63,978 nucleotides of DNA, filler included, from Welwitschia mirabilis (GCA_051453625.1; 9 parts of one record of this genome joined end to end with filler, not necessarily neighbours in it); one strand, 5' to 3'. Counted from the first letter of the whole stretch, positions 1-13,900 are shown. The notes: a model not told the origin generated them from the sequence alone. Made by a program: numbers and translations.

Positions 1-2444
1 TTTGCCTGTTCTTGATCAGATTCTTGATAGGATTCATGGTTATGCTTTTTACTATTTCCTTGATGGTTGTAGTAGTTATAGCCAGGTTTGCATTGCTGGT
101 GAGGATCAAGCCAAAACCACTTTTACTTCTTCTTTCAGTACTTTCTCTTTTAGACGTATGCCTTTTGGATTTTGTAATGCTCCCGGTACTTTTTAGCATG
201 TTATGATGGGTATCTTTTCTGATATACTTGAGGATTTCATTGAGATTCTTATGGATGACTTTTGTGTTAATGCTAAAACTTTTGAACAAATCTTAGATCA
301 ATTAGAGAAAGTCTTAGACCATTACATTTCGAGTGGCCTCCACTTAAGTTGGAAAAAGAGTCTATTTCTTGTAGTAAGTGGCATTATTTTAGATTACCAT
401 ATCTGAAAGAGGGGATTAGGATGGATGCTTCTAAAGTCGGTATTATTCAAGACCTAAGTCCTCCTACAAATGTTAACTAGGTTCAATTTTTTCTTAGTCA
501 TTGTCGTTTTTACTATTGGTTTATTCATGATTATGCTAATATCTATAAAGTCCTTTACTTGTTACTAGAGAAAAAAGCCACATTTGAATGGAACGAATTT
601 TGTCAACTTACTTTTGATAGGATTAAACATAAATTATCTTATGATCCTATAGTAACAAGACCCAATTGGAAATTAGATTTTGAGCTTATTGTGATATGAG
701 TAATTTTGCCGTGGGAGGGTTCTTTGTCAGAAATATGAAAATGATTTTAAATTTATATCTTACCATAGCAAATTTTTGTCTAGAGCTCAAATGAACTATA
801 TCACTACAAAGAAAAAGATGCTAGCCAATATCTTTTGCCTTGATTCTTTTAGGCATTATCGTTTAGGCTTTCATACCAAGGTTTACACTGACTATGCTGC
901 TATTTGTTATTTCATGACCAAGAAAGATTCTAGTGCACATTTGATTAGATGGATCCTTTTTATGCAAGAATTTAACTTGACCATCATAGACAAAGCAGGG
1001 AAGCATAATTCTATTGTCAATCACTTATCTTGACTTCCTTCTCCTTTAGATGATTTTATCATTGATGATTCATTTCCTGATGAGTAGCTTTTCACTATTT
1101 CTTCTTCTCATCCTCCTTCTTGGTATGTTGACATTGTTAACTATATTGTGACTATGAAAACACCACAACATTGGACCTATAATCAATGCAAATCTTTTCT
1201 CCATAGGATAGGTGATTATGAGTGGATAGAGCCACATTTGTATCGTAGGTGTAAAGACTAGATAATGAGAAAATGTATGCCTAATTGGGAGATACTTGAC
1301 ATCCTTCATCTTTATCACAGTAATGTTTGTGGAGGACACTTTAGTGGTCATAAAACAACAATAAAAATCCTCCATTCTGGTTTTTATTTGCTTTCTCTTT
1401 TTTATGATTCTTTTGATTTTGCTAGAAGGTGTGATCCTTGTCAGTGTTATGGTAGCCTTATTCATTCACAGGAAATGTCCCTTAGACCTATTCTTAAGTG
1501 TAAGCCTTTTGATTATTAAGGTATTAATTTCATAGGCCCTATTCATCCACCTTCTTCTAATAAGCATTACATCTTAGTGGTTATGGATTACATGAACAAA
1601 TGGGTTGAAGACATACCCACTTCTTTTAATGATGCCAGAAATGTCTGTTATTTTCTTAGAACTCATATTTAGAGATTTGGTTTTCCTAGAGTTATGATTA
1701 GTAATTAGGGTACTCATTCCATTAATTAAATTTTTAAGAAACTTCTTTTATCCATTAGTATAGAACATAGAGTAGCTTATGCTTATCATTTTCAAACTAA
1801 TAAACAAGCTGAAAATGCTAATAGAGAAATAAAGTAAGTGTTATAAAACCTTGTCTTTGTTAATAAAAAGTCTTGGGCTTCTAAACTTAATGATGTATTT
1901 TGGGCTTTTTGTACTACTTGGCATACTTCTCTTGGTTTTTCACCTTATGAACTTGTATACGGTAAAGTCTGTGTTTTATTAGTTAATGTGTGTTACAATT
2001 CTTATTGTGCATCTCATCAACTTAATCTTGTGGATTTTGATAAAAACCTTAAATACAGATTAGCCCAATTAGACCATTTTGATGAAAAAAAATCATGTCA
2101 TACATCGTCAATTAATCTATAAAGCCCAAGCAAAGTTCAAACATGATAAAAACATTTTTCANNNNNNNNNNNNNNNNNNNNNNNNNNNNNNNNNNNNNNN
2201 NNNNNNNNTTCATCTTTTAAATAATAAGTTGACCTCTAAATAGTTAGGTCTTTACCTTGTAGAGAAAGTACATATTAATGGCTTAGTTAAGATTTTAGAC
2301 TTAGAGACTAGAGAAATTCAGAAGATTAATGGACAACGGTTAAAATTATCTAAAGGATCTTTAGATACAATCATGAACATGGTAGAAGTGCTTGTTTTGG
2401 AGGTTCCTTTCGATGAGAAGGACTTCCTCTCTATTACTGTCTAA
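1..2444 (+). pseudogene. Athila-type pol (RT, RNase H, integrase) with many stops and frameshifts
   Basis: LPVLDQILDRIHGYAFYYFLDGCSSYSQV..EDQAKTTFT..RRMPFGFCNAPGTF; IEILMDDFCV (YMDD site); VYTDYAAI..LIRWILFMQEF (RNase H); HSNVCGGHF..CDPCQ (INT zinc finger); ILVVMDYMNKWVE; C-terminal KINGQRLK. Confidence 0.92.
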
Positions 2445-4660
2445 GTTCTTTCTTAGCCTACTCCTTTGGTTGATATTATGATGTTACCTGATCATCTTTT
2501 AAACTTGACTTGTGTATTGATTTATGAAGTTTCATGACTAGTTTTATATTTGAGCATTTATGATGGTAAGATTAGATTCACCTAATTTTGAGACATTTCC
2601 ATATCTATAGACTTCATTTAAAGGAAGATGCCTGGGTTTCTTATGCCTTTTTTCAATGTTATTAAGGTCTTGGGTTATTTGGAAGTGTTCTTTTCTGTAT
2701 TTTATCTCACTTATTCACCTTCATCATTTAGAGTATATGATCATGTGGGAATTTTTTGGGAAAAAAGAAAAAAAAAGAAATAATGATCATGAGATATTAT
2801 ATTTTATGCTTCAAAGAACACTACATGGTTACCATGATATTCTACTACACGAGGGTAAAAATTTTTGAAAGGTATCTTTGACAGTATTGGTAGATGTGGG
2901 AACTTTACTGGGGGGTTAGTTAGCCTTGCTTTATGGGCCCCTACTCCTCTGATAGTGGTTGCACTCCTCTCATCATAGAAAAAAATAAATTTTGAAGTTA
3001 AGGGTCAGTGGTGTTCCTGGTATCATCAGAAGCATTGCTTATTTCATAGACTCTTAGTATTCCCACTTGGTCATTTCACTTTTGAAGATTTAGGTGTGTT
3101 TATGAGGTCAGAGTAGGTAAGTTCATTTCCAAATAACTTTTGATTTTGACATTCATTGTTCTATGCACTTGAATCTTTGACTATCGTCATAACCACTGCC
3201 TTTTCAAGTGGGCTTTATGAAGTATATACATATTGTCATGCATATTTACTCAAGTAATGTTATAATGTTTTCCTTAAAAGTTTGCTAGGTTAGTACTTAG
3301 GATAGGTAAACAATCTTCTCCTTATTCTTTGTATCCATTTTCACTCTATTTTCTTCAGTTTTTGAGTTTAGGATTTCAAAGTCATTTCTACATTTTCTTT
3401 TTCTTTTGTAGAACCTTAATCATTTAGTAGTTTCCTTGCTAATCTTTTATATTAAATCATTTTTCTATGAGCACTGAAAAATTAAAATGAGCATCTTTTC
3501 ATTCCATAGTTTTTATGAGTTCTCTTGTAGCTTATAAAGTTCTGAGTTTATTATGATTTCTTTTTCTATTCGGGTATGTTTATGTAGTTTTTCTTGCAGG
3601 TTTCAACCTAGCTAGTCTATTTTATTCAGTCATAGTTTTTCCTTTCTTGTGCGGCTGTCTTTTTTCCTTTGTTTTTCTTAGTTTCTTATTTAGTTTTCTA
3701 TTTTTCTACATTCTTTTGTTTAGCACTGCTACTTAAACTATTATATCTGAGCCTAAGTTTTCTGGTTAATCTTTTTCTTTCTAAAAATTTTTTTCATGCC
3801 CTGTCATCCATCAAGTCATCCAGATAACACTGGCGGATGACAGTATGATCTTTTTCTGAGAATTATCTTAGGGCTGTCATTCGGACAACGTGACCAGATG
3901 ATGTGATTAGATGATAGTGTGATAAAACCGTGACCCAATCCTTTTTCCTCATTTTCTCTCATTTTTTCGTTGTTTTCACCTGTTCCTTTAAGAGATAATG
4001 ACTCCTCTAGCTTGTACCAGTATTTTGGAACTTCTTTCACTTGATTTCGTGTCTAGATTCACGATATTTCCATAGATTTTCAAAAATAAGGTATGTTTCT
4101 CTCTCGTTCTATTTTTCATTTTTTTCTCCCGTTTTTTAGTCTTTCGATGCATAGTTTTCACATATATCATTCAATTTTTATCACTTTTCATTTTTTGACT
4201 TATGGATTTGAATTTCATTACATATTTTTGAGTTATAAACATTTTTGCATTTTACGAGGTATTTTCAAATTTCCACGTTTCACACTCATTTCCTCGCAAA
4301 TTGTGGGTTGAAACATAGTGATCCTTTAGGCAACATTAATTAGTTTGATGTGTTTTATGACTTTGTTGAATTAGATTTTTCATTTGAGCACTTTAAATTT
4401 TTACTTCCTATGGGGTCCACTAAAGATACAATTTTTGCATTTTTTGTGTATTTCTCATTTTTTTCCTCTTACATTTAGGAAATTCTGGATGCATGCTACT
4501 TTTGTTGGGGGGGGGGAGGGAGAGAGCAGGACATATTTTTAATATTTTTCATAGTTTTTATCGATTACAGGGGTCGTCATTGCACATTCATGTGACGTTT
4601 TTGACATGTCTTTCTATTTTCGCATGATGATTTTCGTGTTTATGATTGAGTAGGCCCCAT

Positions 4661-5942
4661 ATGCATAGAGCTAGATAGGCCAAGGCTAAGGCTAATAGAG
4701 TAGGAGTTGGGTCCTCTAGTAGAGCTATAAATCGAATGGACGAAGCCCATACATCCGCCACCTCGACAGGGTCGTTCCTTGAGTATATAGACCACTAGCA
4801 TCTGTGTCAGGTGGTATTTTGGCAACTTCATGAGCCGTATAGAGCCTCACATAGATCCAAGACTGATAGAATTATGACTCTAATGGATTATAGATACGTA
4901 TGGGTCTTACTTCATGTCAGAAACGAGAGAGTTTTATGACACCATGTACATAGAGAAGCGACCTGACGAACGTGATCAGTTATAGGACATGATCATTGCA
5001 TTTATATGGGACCATAAGATAGCCTTTCTTTCATCCTATGTTACAGTTATTACAAATATTATTGGGCTTGGGAGCATGCATATTCACTCAGCTAGTGGAA
5101 TAGAGGAGCGTTGAGCCTACGACGTCATTCTATGTATACTAGCTGATTTGACTACTGATCAACGGGGGATAAACATTACTCAGCTGACCTTCGCATATAA
5201 GGTATTACACAGAGGGTTGATTCATAACATCAGTCCATCATTTAATGATAATTACATCATGGTGGCCCATTTATAGATCTTAGTAGCTTTTAGACAGGGG
5301 GAGCAGATGGACCTTTCGACTTTTATTTAAAGGAGACTCAGATCCATGATTGAGGCATGACACTTTCAGAGACTTGAATATCCATGCCTCCTCTTAGCAC
5401 TCTTTAGATGGTTTGGGATACCAGAGCCCATGAGCGAGCAGTGTATATCACACATTCAAATATCTACTTGCTATTTATAAGACATGGGTATACATGTTCC
5501 AAAAGACGCAAAGAGACCTGTGGTTGGATCTACCCTTGAGCAGATTCATGCTCTCTTGGCTGAGACCACTAAGTCCATCAGAGGTTTCGTAGATAGAGAT
5601 ATCCATACACTTGATTAGAGGACATAAGTATTTAACCAAAGGACACAGACTCTTGATTAGAGATAGCAGATATTTGAGTAGAATATCCTACCTATTGAGA
5701 GAAGAACGCAGTACATCGAGGACTAGATAGTTGACATGCGTCATCGTGTTGTTTCCATTCTGTAGAGTATGACTATAGACATTCCTGAGGTGGTTCATGT
5801 CTAGCACAATGAAACGATCAGATCTATCTCTACATCTCTAAACGTCTATTTTCCTATAGATCATGAGCATCCTCCTTCTTCTTTCCCTGCTCCTGAGTCA
5901 ACTGCCAAGCCACAGTTCATCATGTGTAGAAGAAAGAAGTGA
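4661..5942 (+). pseudogene. Athila accessory/env-like ORF (putative plant transposon protein domain) with C-terminal coiled coil
   Basis: ATG 4661 MHRAR*AKAKANRVGVGSSS; after one frameshift near 4800 a single frame reads ..YFMSETREFYDTM..YKVLHRGLIHNISP..MDLSTFI..LEYPCLLLALFRWFGI.. to TGA 5940-5942. Motifs resemble VREFY and LPFPxLIT of Athila ORF2-type proteins. Confidence 0.75.
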
Positions 5943-7180
5943 TTTTGTATTATTATTTTGTATCTCCGCTTCTATATACTTTTTGTACTAAAAAAACTCT
6001 CTTTTGATATGATATCGACACTTCATTTTCTAGCATGATGTACTTATTTGTATTTGATTATTCATGATTATCTTTTGNNNNNNNNNNNNNNNNNNNNNNN
6101 NNNNNNNNNNNNNNNNNNNNNNNNNNNNNNNNNNNNNNNNNNNNNNNNNNNNNNNNNNNNNNNNNNNNNNNNNNNNNNNNNNNNNNNNNNNNNNNNNNNN
6201 NNNNNNNNNNNNNNNNNNNNNNNNNNNNNNNNNNNNNNNNNNNNNNNNNNNNNNNNNNNNNNNNNNNNNNNNNNNNNNNNNNNNNNNNNNNNNNNNNNNN
6301 NNNNNNNNNNNNNNNNNNNNNNNNNNNNNNNNNNNNNNNNNNNNNNNNNNNNNNNNNNNNNNNNNNNNNNNNNNNNNNNNNNNNNNNNNNNNNNNNNNNN
6401 NNNNNNNNNNNNNNNNNNNNNNNNNNNNNNNNNNNNNNNNNNNNNNNNNNNNNNNNNNNNNNNNNNNNNNNNNNNNNNNNNNNNNNNNNNNNNNNNNNNN
6501 NNNNNNNNNNNNNNNNNNNNNNNNNNNNNNNNNNNNNNNNNNNNNNNNNNNNNNNNNNNNNNNNNNNNNNNNNNNNNNNNNNNNNNNNNNNNNNNNNNNN
6601 NNNNNNNNNNNNNNNNNNNNNNNNNNNNNNNNNNNNNNNNNNNNNNNNNNNNNNNNNNNNNNNNNNNNNNNNATTATTATTTTGTATCTCCGCTTCTATA
6701 TACTTTTTGTACTAAAAAAGCTCTCTTTTGATATGATATCGACACTTCATTTTCTAACATGATGTACTTATTTGTATTTGATTATTCATGATTATCTTTT
6801 GATTTTTTATGATAAGGATTTATTTTATTGTACTTGGGCACATTTTCTATTTATGATTGCTTAATTCAGTGGGGGGTTGTTTTATTACTTTGACTAATTA
6901 TTAGTAAAAAAACAAAAAATTTGTCACAGGTTCTAGATTTTAAAAACTTTTTCTAAGCCTTTTGTCCCCTTCATCATCCGGATGATGATCCAGATGATCG
7001 ACTGGCTGAGCTTCTAGCAAGTGTTTGTTTAGTTTTTCTGATTTTTCAAAATTCAGTTTATATCTCTATAATTTCTGCAAATCTTTTTGAGATAATTTCC
7101 TTAAGCATCGTAATTATTTTATTATTTAATAAGTTGGCTCACAAATATGGTTTATCACCTAGTTTTGTCAGGGATTGACA

Positions 7181-7198
7181 AGGCTAAGTGAAAGGCTA
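7181..7198 (+). other. Polypurine tract before Athila 3' LTR (LTR starts TG at 7199)
   Basis: TTTTGTCAGGGATTGACAAGGCTAAGTGAAAGGCTA|TGTTAC aligns with reverse complement of ~61040-61000: TTTTGTCAGGAACTAACAAAGGCTAAGTGGGAGAAATA|TGTTGTG. Confidence 0.65.
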
Positions 7199-8039
7199 TG
7201 TTACATTGCTAACTTACACATATTTAATAGGGTATTTTGAAGGGTTTTATAAGTAAATAGATAGGTAAATGCTTGATTTCCATGATAATAGAGAAGCTGA
7301 GATAAAAAGGATGAAAACATGCAATATCCATGATAATTTACAACATTTTAAACAAATATGAATACATTCTGAAAACAACTTCTTACAAAACATTGAGGCT
7401 GATGCAATAATTGAAGAATTATTAAAGGCCACTGTCCACCTCATCATGTGGACAACTATACAGATGACTATGCAAAGAGTGCCAACTGGGATGCTGACTA
7501 TAGCCTATCTGGAAACTGACGTGGATTAATTATGAGGTGGCATCGTCTCTTCTATCATCCAGACGACTAGCTGGACAACACTATTGTAACATCTATATTG
7601 AATATTCACCTAACTTCTGCCACTTATATTTTCTATTTTTCCCTTTGTTGTGGTATGAATTTATGCAATCTTGAAGTTTTTTAAGTAAACATGTAGATAA
7701 AATAACTTGCAGCAAAACACAAGCTAGTAGAGACAGGAGTTCACTCAAATGTTGTAAGCCCAACAAAGGCACTAGACTAAAAGTTAGAGAATTTATTTCG
7801 AAGATATTTTTGGTCTTTTTATCTTATGATAACTGAAAGTAAATAATAAAGTAAATGCAATCTTAAAGGTAAGCCCCATTGTCATCCCCACAGCTTTTGT
7901 CATGGGGACAACAGGCTGCCTTATCTCCAATCTCAAAGGTAAGTCAGTCTTTTGTATGATGAATCCTTCTTCCAAGTATGCAGTGTCAGAATAAGCCTAA
8001 AAAACCTTTAAATATGTTAAGAATCACATGTTTTATTGA

Positions 8040-8139
8040 NNNNNNNNNNNNNNNNNNNNNNNNNNNNNNNNNNNNNNNNNNNNTTAATTAATTAANNNNN
8101 NNNNNNNNNNNNNNNNNNNNNNNNNNNNNNNNNNNNNNN
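8040..8139. other. Artificial assembly spacer (44N-TTAATTAATTAA-44N); also at 24450-24549, 27580-27679, 33244-33343, 54687-54786, 56209-56308, 60514-60613, 62759-62858
   Basis: Identical 100-bp design eight times; TTAATTAATTAA places stop codons in all six frames, a common contig-joining linker. Confidence 0.97.
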
Positions 8140-8169
8140 ATTATATTTGTGATTAACAAGATTCTACTC

Positions 8170-10980
8170 AGGATGAAAATGTTGCATAAATATGCATCAC
8201 AACACTCACATAAACTAGTCGAAGGAAGGAGGCCACTATGCTATATTCTTCTTTAAAATAGTTAACTATAAAAATGGACAAAAACCATTAACATAGTTCA
8301 ATAAAAGGTAAACAATTATAACAAAAAAACATGCATGAAGATATCTTGTTATTCTAATAATAACTATGGGAGAAAAAGGGATAAAAGTGACTACTCAAAT
8401 ATCATTTCTAAAACCTATAGGAGGTAGAACGTTACTAAACCATTAAAGGAAGGAGAGGCCTACAAACTCCTTAAAATGATGAAATTAAGTAAAATCCCAA
8501 GGATAGATGGGTGTATATTAGAATTTTTAACGAATTATTAGGCTTATATAGGTAAGTATATTGAAACAACCTTTAACAAAGCCTTAAAAGAAGAAATGTG
8601 TCTTACTTCTGAAATAATACAAAGGTTATTTTAATTTCTAAAATAATCAAAAGTATTAATGTTGAAGATGTAAGACCCATGGCATTAGTATTTGCAACAT
8701 AATTTATAGATTATTATCCAAGGTTCTTATTAGTAGAATCACCCTATCTTTCCTCATTTATTCACTTAGACTAAGCTCGCTTTCTAAAAGAAAAAAGAAT
8801 CCCTAACCAGGTAGTTCTTAACCACAAATTATTTCATTTTATTAAGACAAAAGAACTCTGTATCAAACATTAAAACTAAATATTAATAAGTCTAACCTCA
8901 TCATTTTGTGGGGAATTCCTCGCACACGTTCTAAAAGTAAAAGGAATTTTAGAAAGCTTTATTTATCTAATTCTACAAATGCAGTAATTTGCTATTGTTT
9001 AATTGGAAAATCAATTAATAAATTCATGGTTTCTTTTGAGTAGATTGAGTTTTAAGATAATAAGACCATCTGTCATCCTATTTATTCATAAATATTCTAG
9101 ATTACTTATAAGATTACATAAAACAAGCAGGGGAAGTAGGGATAACTTTACATAGGAAAAGATTCTTCTCTAATTACTTTGTTGACAATATGATATTTTT
9201 TTAAAAATATAATATGAAGAAAATTCAAGCTATAAAATAGGGCCTAGAGATCTTTGGAAAGAGTTAGGTTTGTATAGAATCTAGGAAAAAAGCAAAGTTT
9301 ACTTCTTTAACCTATGGAAAAATGTGTAAGGCTATGATTAAAACCCTCCGAATACAAAAAGAAGAATAAATGGATTCTTATTTGGAAATCTGTTTGTCGA
9401 ATTAAAAACATACTGATACTTGGGATGCCTTATTATAGAAATTCAAGAGGAGATACAGTGGCTCATGTTCTATCTTCTTATTAAGTAAAGGCAATGTCAT
9501 TTTTTGCTAACTTAGTGCTAACAACTAGTGTAAGCTACTACACATCCATAAGAGTTTTACCAAATAAGGTAAAAAGGAATATAAATATAATTATTAGAAG
9601 TTTTATTTGAAAAGGAGAAAAATTAGGGATCAAAGTACATGAATATAAATATAATTATTAGAAATTTTATTTGAAGCAGAAAAAAATGAGGAATCAAAGT
9701 GCATGTAGCAGCATGGAAGGAGATAATAAAACTAGTGGAATTGGGATCTTAGAGAATCTAAGATATTCAAAACAAGAGCTTAAATGCTTAAATCAATCTA
9801 ATTAATAAGGTGAAAGTGGAGGGTTTATGATTTATACCCCTAAATAGAAGTGATAAAAAGGAAATATGAAGATTGGAAATCCCAATTAGGGAATTTCCTT
9901 GAAAATCAAAATGGGGAATTTCCCTTTTTGGATAGGCCTTGATAAAAGAAGATAGGAGCTAGAAAATGTCTGACTTAGCGACTAGGTAAAGGGAATATAC
10001 CTTTTTAGACCTTAAAAACTTTAAATAGATTAATTTCAAATAAAATAGAAGAAATTATTCTACTAAAAAATGGCTTAAGGAAAGGTAGGAACCAAAGTGA
10101 GAGACAATTGAAAAATGGGGAAATCCAATTTAATCCTCAATAATTTAGAGGTAATAACAACTAATTGGTAGCCATCACATAACCATCACATAGATGTTAA
10201 ATTACTAAATAATAAAAACATTACATCAAAAGACTATTAATTGTAAAATATGTAAATAATGCCTTTAGAAGGATACATGATGGAAATGCTTAATGGAGAA
10301 AAGATGGGTTATTAAAATGGTTAATTATAAAAGGATGGGGTAGTGATAGTGAATACTCGAAGGCAATAAGGCTTTAAGATTTTATACATCTACCATGCAT
10401 GGAAATACTAGGTAGAGATAACTAAGTATTTATTTTGGGATTACCCTATGCCTCATGTAGTTTGGGAGGATTTGAACTAGCATGGAGACTAAGAGAGCAT
10501 AAGGGCAAAACCTAGACATGATTCTGTTATATATCTAGTCTATGGGAAACAACCACATTTTTAGAGGAGAGAAGTAAGAATCCAAATAAACTCTACACAA
10601 GATTAGATATAAAGAGGAGAGAGATGAAGCAATCTTTAATATGAAGAAACACCCTCAATTTGAACTTGAAGAAGCAAAAAGGTTTATAAAAAATGGAAGC
10701 AGGTTGAAAGAAATTGAAATAATTGGATGGGCATTATTAATAAAGTTAAAAGAAGAATTAAACTTTAAGGCAAGAGATCTTATCTAAGAAGGTCATATGA
10801 TAAGGAAAAATAGTTGTTTACTACTTTTCTACTAAACTTATTATTGAGGTGACCGAATTAATCTTAGATGAGGAGTTNNNNNNNNNNNNNNNNNNNNNNN
10901 NNNNNNNNNNNNNNNNNNNNNNNNNNNNNNNNNNNNNNNNNNNCAAAAAAAGGGCATGGCTGCAAAGCTAGAATTATAAC
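8170..10980 (+). mobile_element. Highly decayed L1-type LINE, ORF2 (RT and C-terminal region)
   Basis: LKMMKLSKIPRIDGCILEFL (KAPGPDG motif, ~8470-8530); VILISK..EDVRPMAL; LLSKVLISRI; FVDNMIF (FADD site, ~9178-9198). Confidence 0.75.
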
Positions 10981-13900
10981 CCATGGGATTTAGAAGTGAA
11001 GTATGTTGACCACTATCTTATCTAGGATAGAAATCATTTAAATTTACAGGGCTTAATTTTTTTCTTTTAGGGAATAGGGGTAAACCTACTTTGATATTTT
11101 GAAAAAGAGTTAAACGAGAACATAGGCTACAAACATTAGGCCTAATCCAAAAATATTTTTGACTATATTAAAATCCCTAATTTAAAGGGGAGTCAAGTTG
11201 ACAGCTCTCCCAAGGTTCCCTTATTTGGGATTCTTGGGGAGGAGGATCAAGTTAGCCCATAGGCACTTTACATACTATCGTCATCATGGTGAGTTAAAAG
11301 CAGTCATGCAGGAGACAGTTTATCGCGTTATGCATGCATGGCACGTATTCATTATACGTACTACCCGACGATGCTAGATTTGAACTTGCTCAATCTATAC
11401 AGTTGCGACTATACATTACTGCCCGCGCCTCCACCCACACGATCCACCCCCATGTGCTATGGTCCACCCCTCATTATTTATTAAATCTATTCCTCTCTAA
11501 CAAAATGTTATTGAATCAAATGGTCTAAGAGGTAGAAGATAAATCTTGAAACTTATTATTACTAAACTAGATACAAAACAAAAATGAAGCCTTCAAAATT
11601 TAACCAATTTACCAACATGTACGAAAAACCCTTAACACTAAAAAATCAAGTATGTGATATTTATAAAGAAGGACCCAAAAGTGATAAAAATAAAAATAAC
11701 AATGTAAATGATATATAAGAAGATAAAGCAAAGAAAAATTTGGATTTAGAAGTTATTACAGTAAGTCATAACAATGTAGAAAAGGACGAGTAAGTAAGGA
11801 AGAAGAAGGATACCGAGGTAACACAGGAAATAACAGAGTCAAAAGAACTAGTTAAAGAAGTATGAAAAGACATAAGTATGGGTAGAGAGACAAATAAAGA
11901 AGAAAATAAAGATACCTAATTAGGGGGTCAAAGGAAAAAGTAGTAAAATATTCAAGTACAAGTGTAAGTGAGACCTCTGAGCAGAAATTTAAGAAGAAGG
12001 ATTAAGGTTAAAACAAAGAGAAAGATTGATTTTTCTTAGTAAGGAGAATAGAGAAATTGATAACAAATAATAGAATAGCTAATCAAATATCATGAAAGAA
12101 GAAAGTAGGACAGATACAACATGTTTATCATAGTCATGGGTGGGATTATCCTTACACTCAATTAAAATTAATTCTTTCATCCTTCATAGATAAAATAATT
12201 AGAAATCATCATAATATGGTAACCAAATGGCACCTAAAAAAAATCAAATAGAATTTGAAAGAGGTAGTTACAAAGACTATTAAACTTAACAACATCAAGG
12301 ATGTACTTCACAACAAAAGAACACAAGCTGCTTTTCATTGTTTTTATAGATAAAAATTAGTGTATCATTATGGAATTTGTTTTGAGAATCCTTTGATGTT
12401 TAGATTCTTACTATTGTTTTTTTTTTTGGAAATTAGTTTTATTACATAGAAGGTTGGGTGAAGTTTCCCAACTTAGATGGTAATTATTGGATATTTTATT
12501 TTGAAATGAAATACTTCTTGCTTTTCTATTCAAAAATGACATTTAAAAAAGATAGGATAGTGTTCTTTAGTATTATTTTAGTCACAAAGCTAGCATGTAC
12601 ACTCCTTTTAAGGGACTTTAGATTATTTACTTATTTCAATCTCAAAATAATGAGATACCATTTTCACCCTACCAATTTGAATTCATAGGCAAAGGAGAAT
12701 AGTAGTAGTTCAATAAGTTGTCTTTCAAAAAATGCCTTCTTTAATATTAGTTAATCTTTTCTTTCCTTTTTAGTCTTCCCAAATCCTTTTAAGTGTTTTT
12801 TGCTTTATAATTATTTGAAATTAGTTAGGATTATAGTCAATTATTTTTTTCTTAATTGTTTCATTTTAAACAAATNNNNNNNNNNTGTAACCTTTTCCTT
12901 AAGTCACATGGAACATCCTTTTTGAAATTTATCAATAGTAGAATTTAAAATATTATAAACATAAGCCAAAAATTCTTCAAGACATCAATTTAGCTTCAAG
13001 AAGCATAATGTCATAATGAGTTTATTATTCTAAATTCTTCTAATAAGAATTATTTTTAAACTTTTATTATTCTTTTATAAGGTTTAATTGCTAATCCAAA
13101 ATCCCAAACAATCATATACAATTATTGGTTGAATAATAGTGTATAAAATTTATATGCATACATCCCAACACAAAATTTCCTATGTTTTACATTTGTTGTT
13201 TAATTGAAATAAGGATTTTATACCTATACTAACCCTTAGAGAGATAAATTTATCCCATTTATAATTTGGATTTGTCAAGGTAGATAGAATATCCCAATTA
13301 TGATTATTAGAGCATTTTAAGCCCAAGTATTTATAGTGTGAAAGAAATTTTTATTTTTACAATTAAATTTTTAAAGAGATTTACCCATTTCTTAATCAAG
13401 CTTTTTTTTTTTTTAAACAAAAGGTAACTTTTTGTTAATTTAAAATACTAAGCAAATCTATCAAATAAATATGGTATAACATCAAGAAAAATTAAGAATG
13501 GATGAGAAGAAAGGGAAGGAAACCATCCTTGAGATGTTTTCCATGCATGCTAGTATGATGCATGTTAGGGTTTACGCCATACATTTACATCTAGCTTTAT
13601 AAGACCCTCATGACCCTATTCAATTAGGACATCTAGATGGGGGAACCTAGGGGAATAATTCGTGAAATTTTAAATTTAAGTAAATAGAACAGATTGATTG
13701 AGCTTATATTAGATGGTTCTCATTCTGATCCAACATGTCATCATTACTATTTATCTCATTAGGCATATCGCATCCTTTTTCTTCATATAGCACACAATCA
13801 CCTTTCTAGATATTTCTTATCACTACGAGAAGGTGGTTTCTAGAGAAGTATTTTCTATAAAGATGCATCTAAAATTCCAATCTAGCCTTGCTTACATTTT

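Larger units (their letters stand above)
1..8039 (+). mobile_element. Ty3/gypsy LTR retrotransposon, Athila lineage, 3' part (pol, long non-coding region, env-like ORF, PPT, start of 3' LTR); decayed
   Basis: RT-RNaseH-INT order in pol; downstream extra ORF with REFY motif; PPT/LTR junction at 7181-7200 matches the junctions at 60640 and 61003 (-). Right boundary is set only by the assembly spacer. Confidence 0.85.

Noticed and set aside
11220..11502. CpG-retaining segment ending TCTAACA, possibly an LTR start on the minus strand; ORF 11334-11528
   Set aside because: No matching terminus or TSD found; the ORF has no recognisable motif.
11560..12520. Possible LINE ORF1 scraps (WVKFPNLDGNYW at ~12455)
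   Set aside because: Only one short motif is convincing; too little to delimit a feature.
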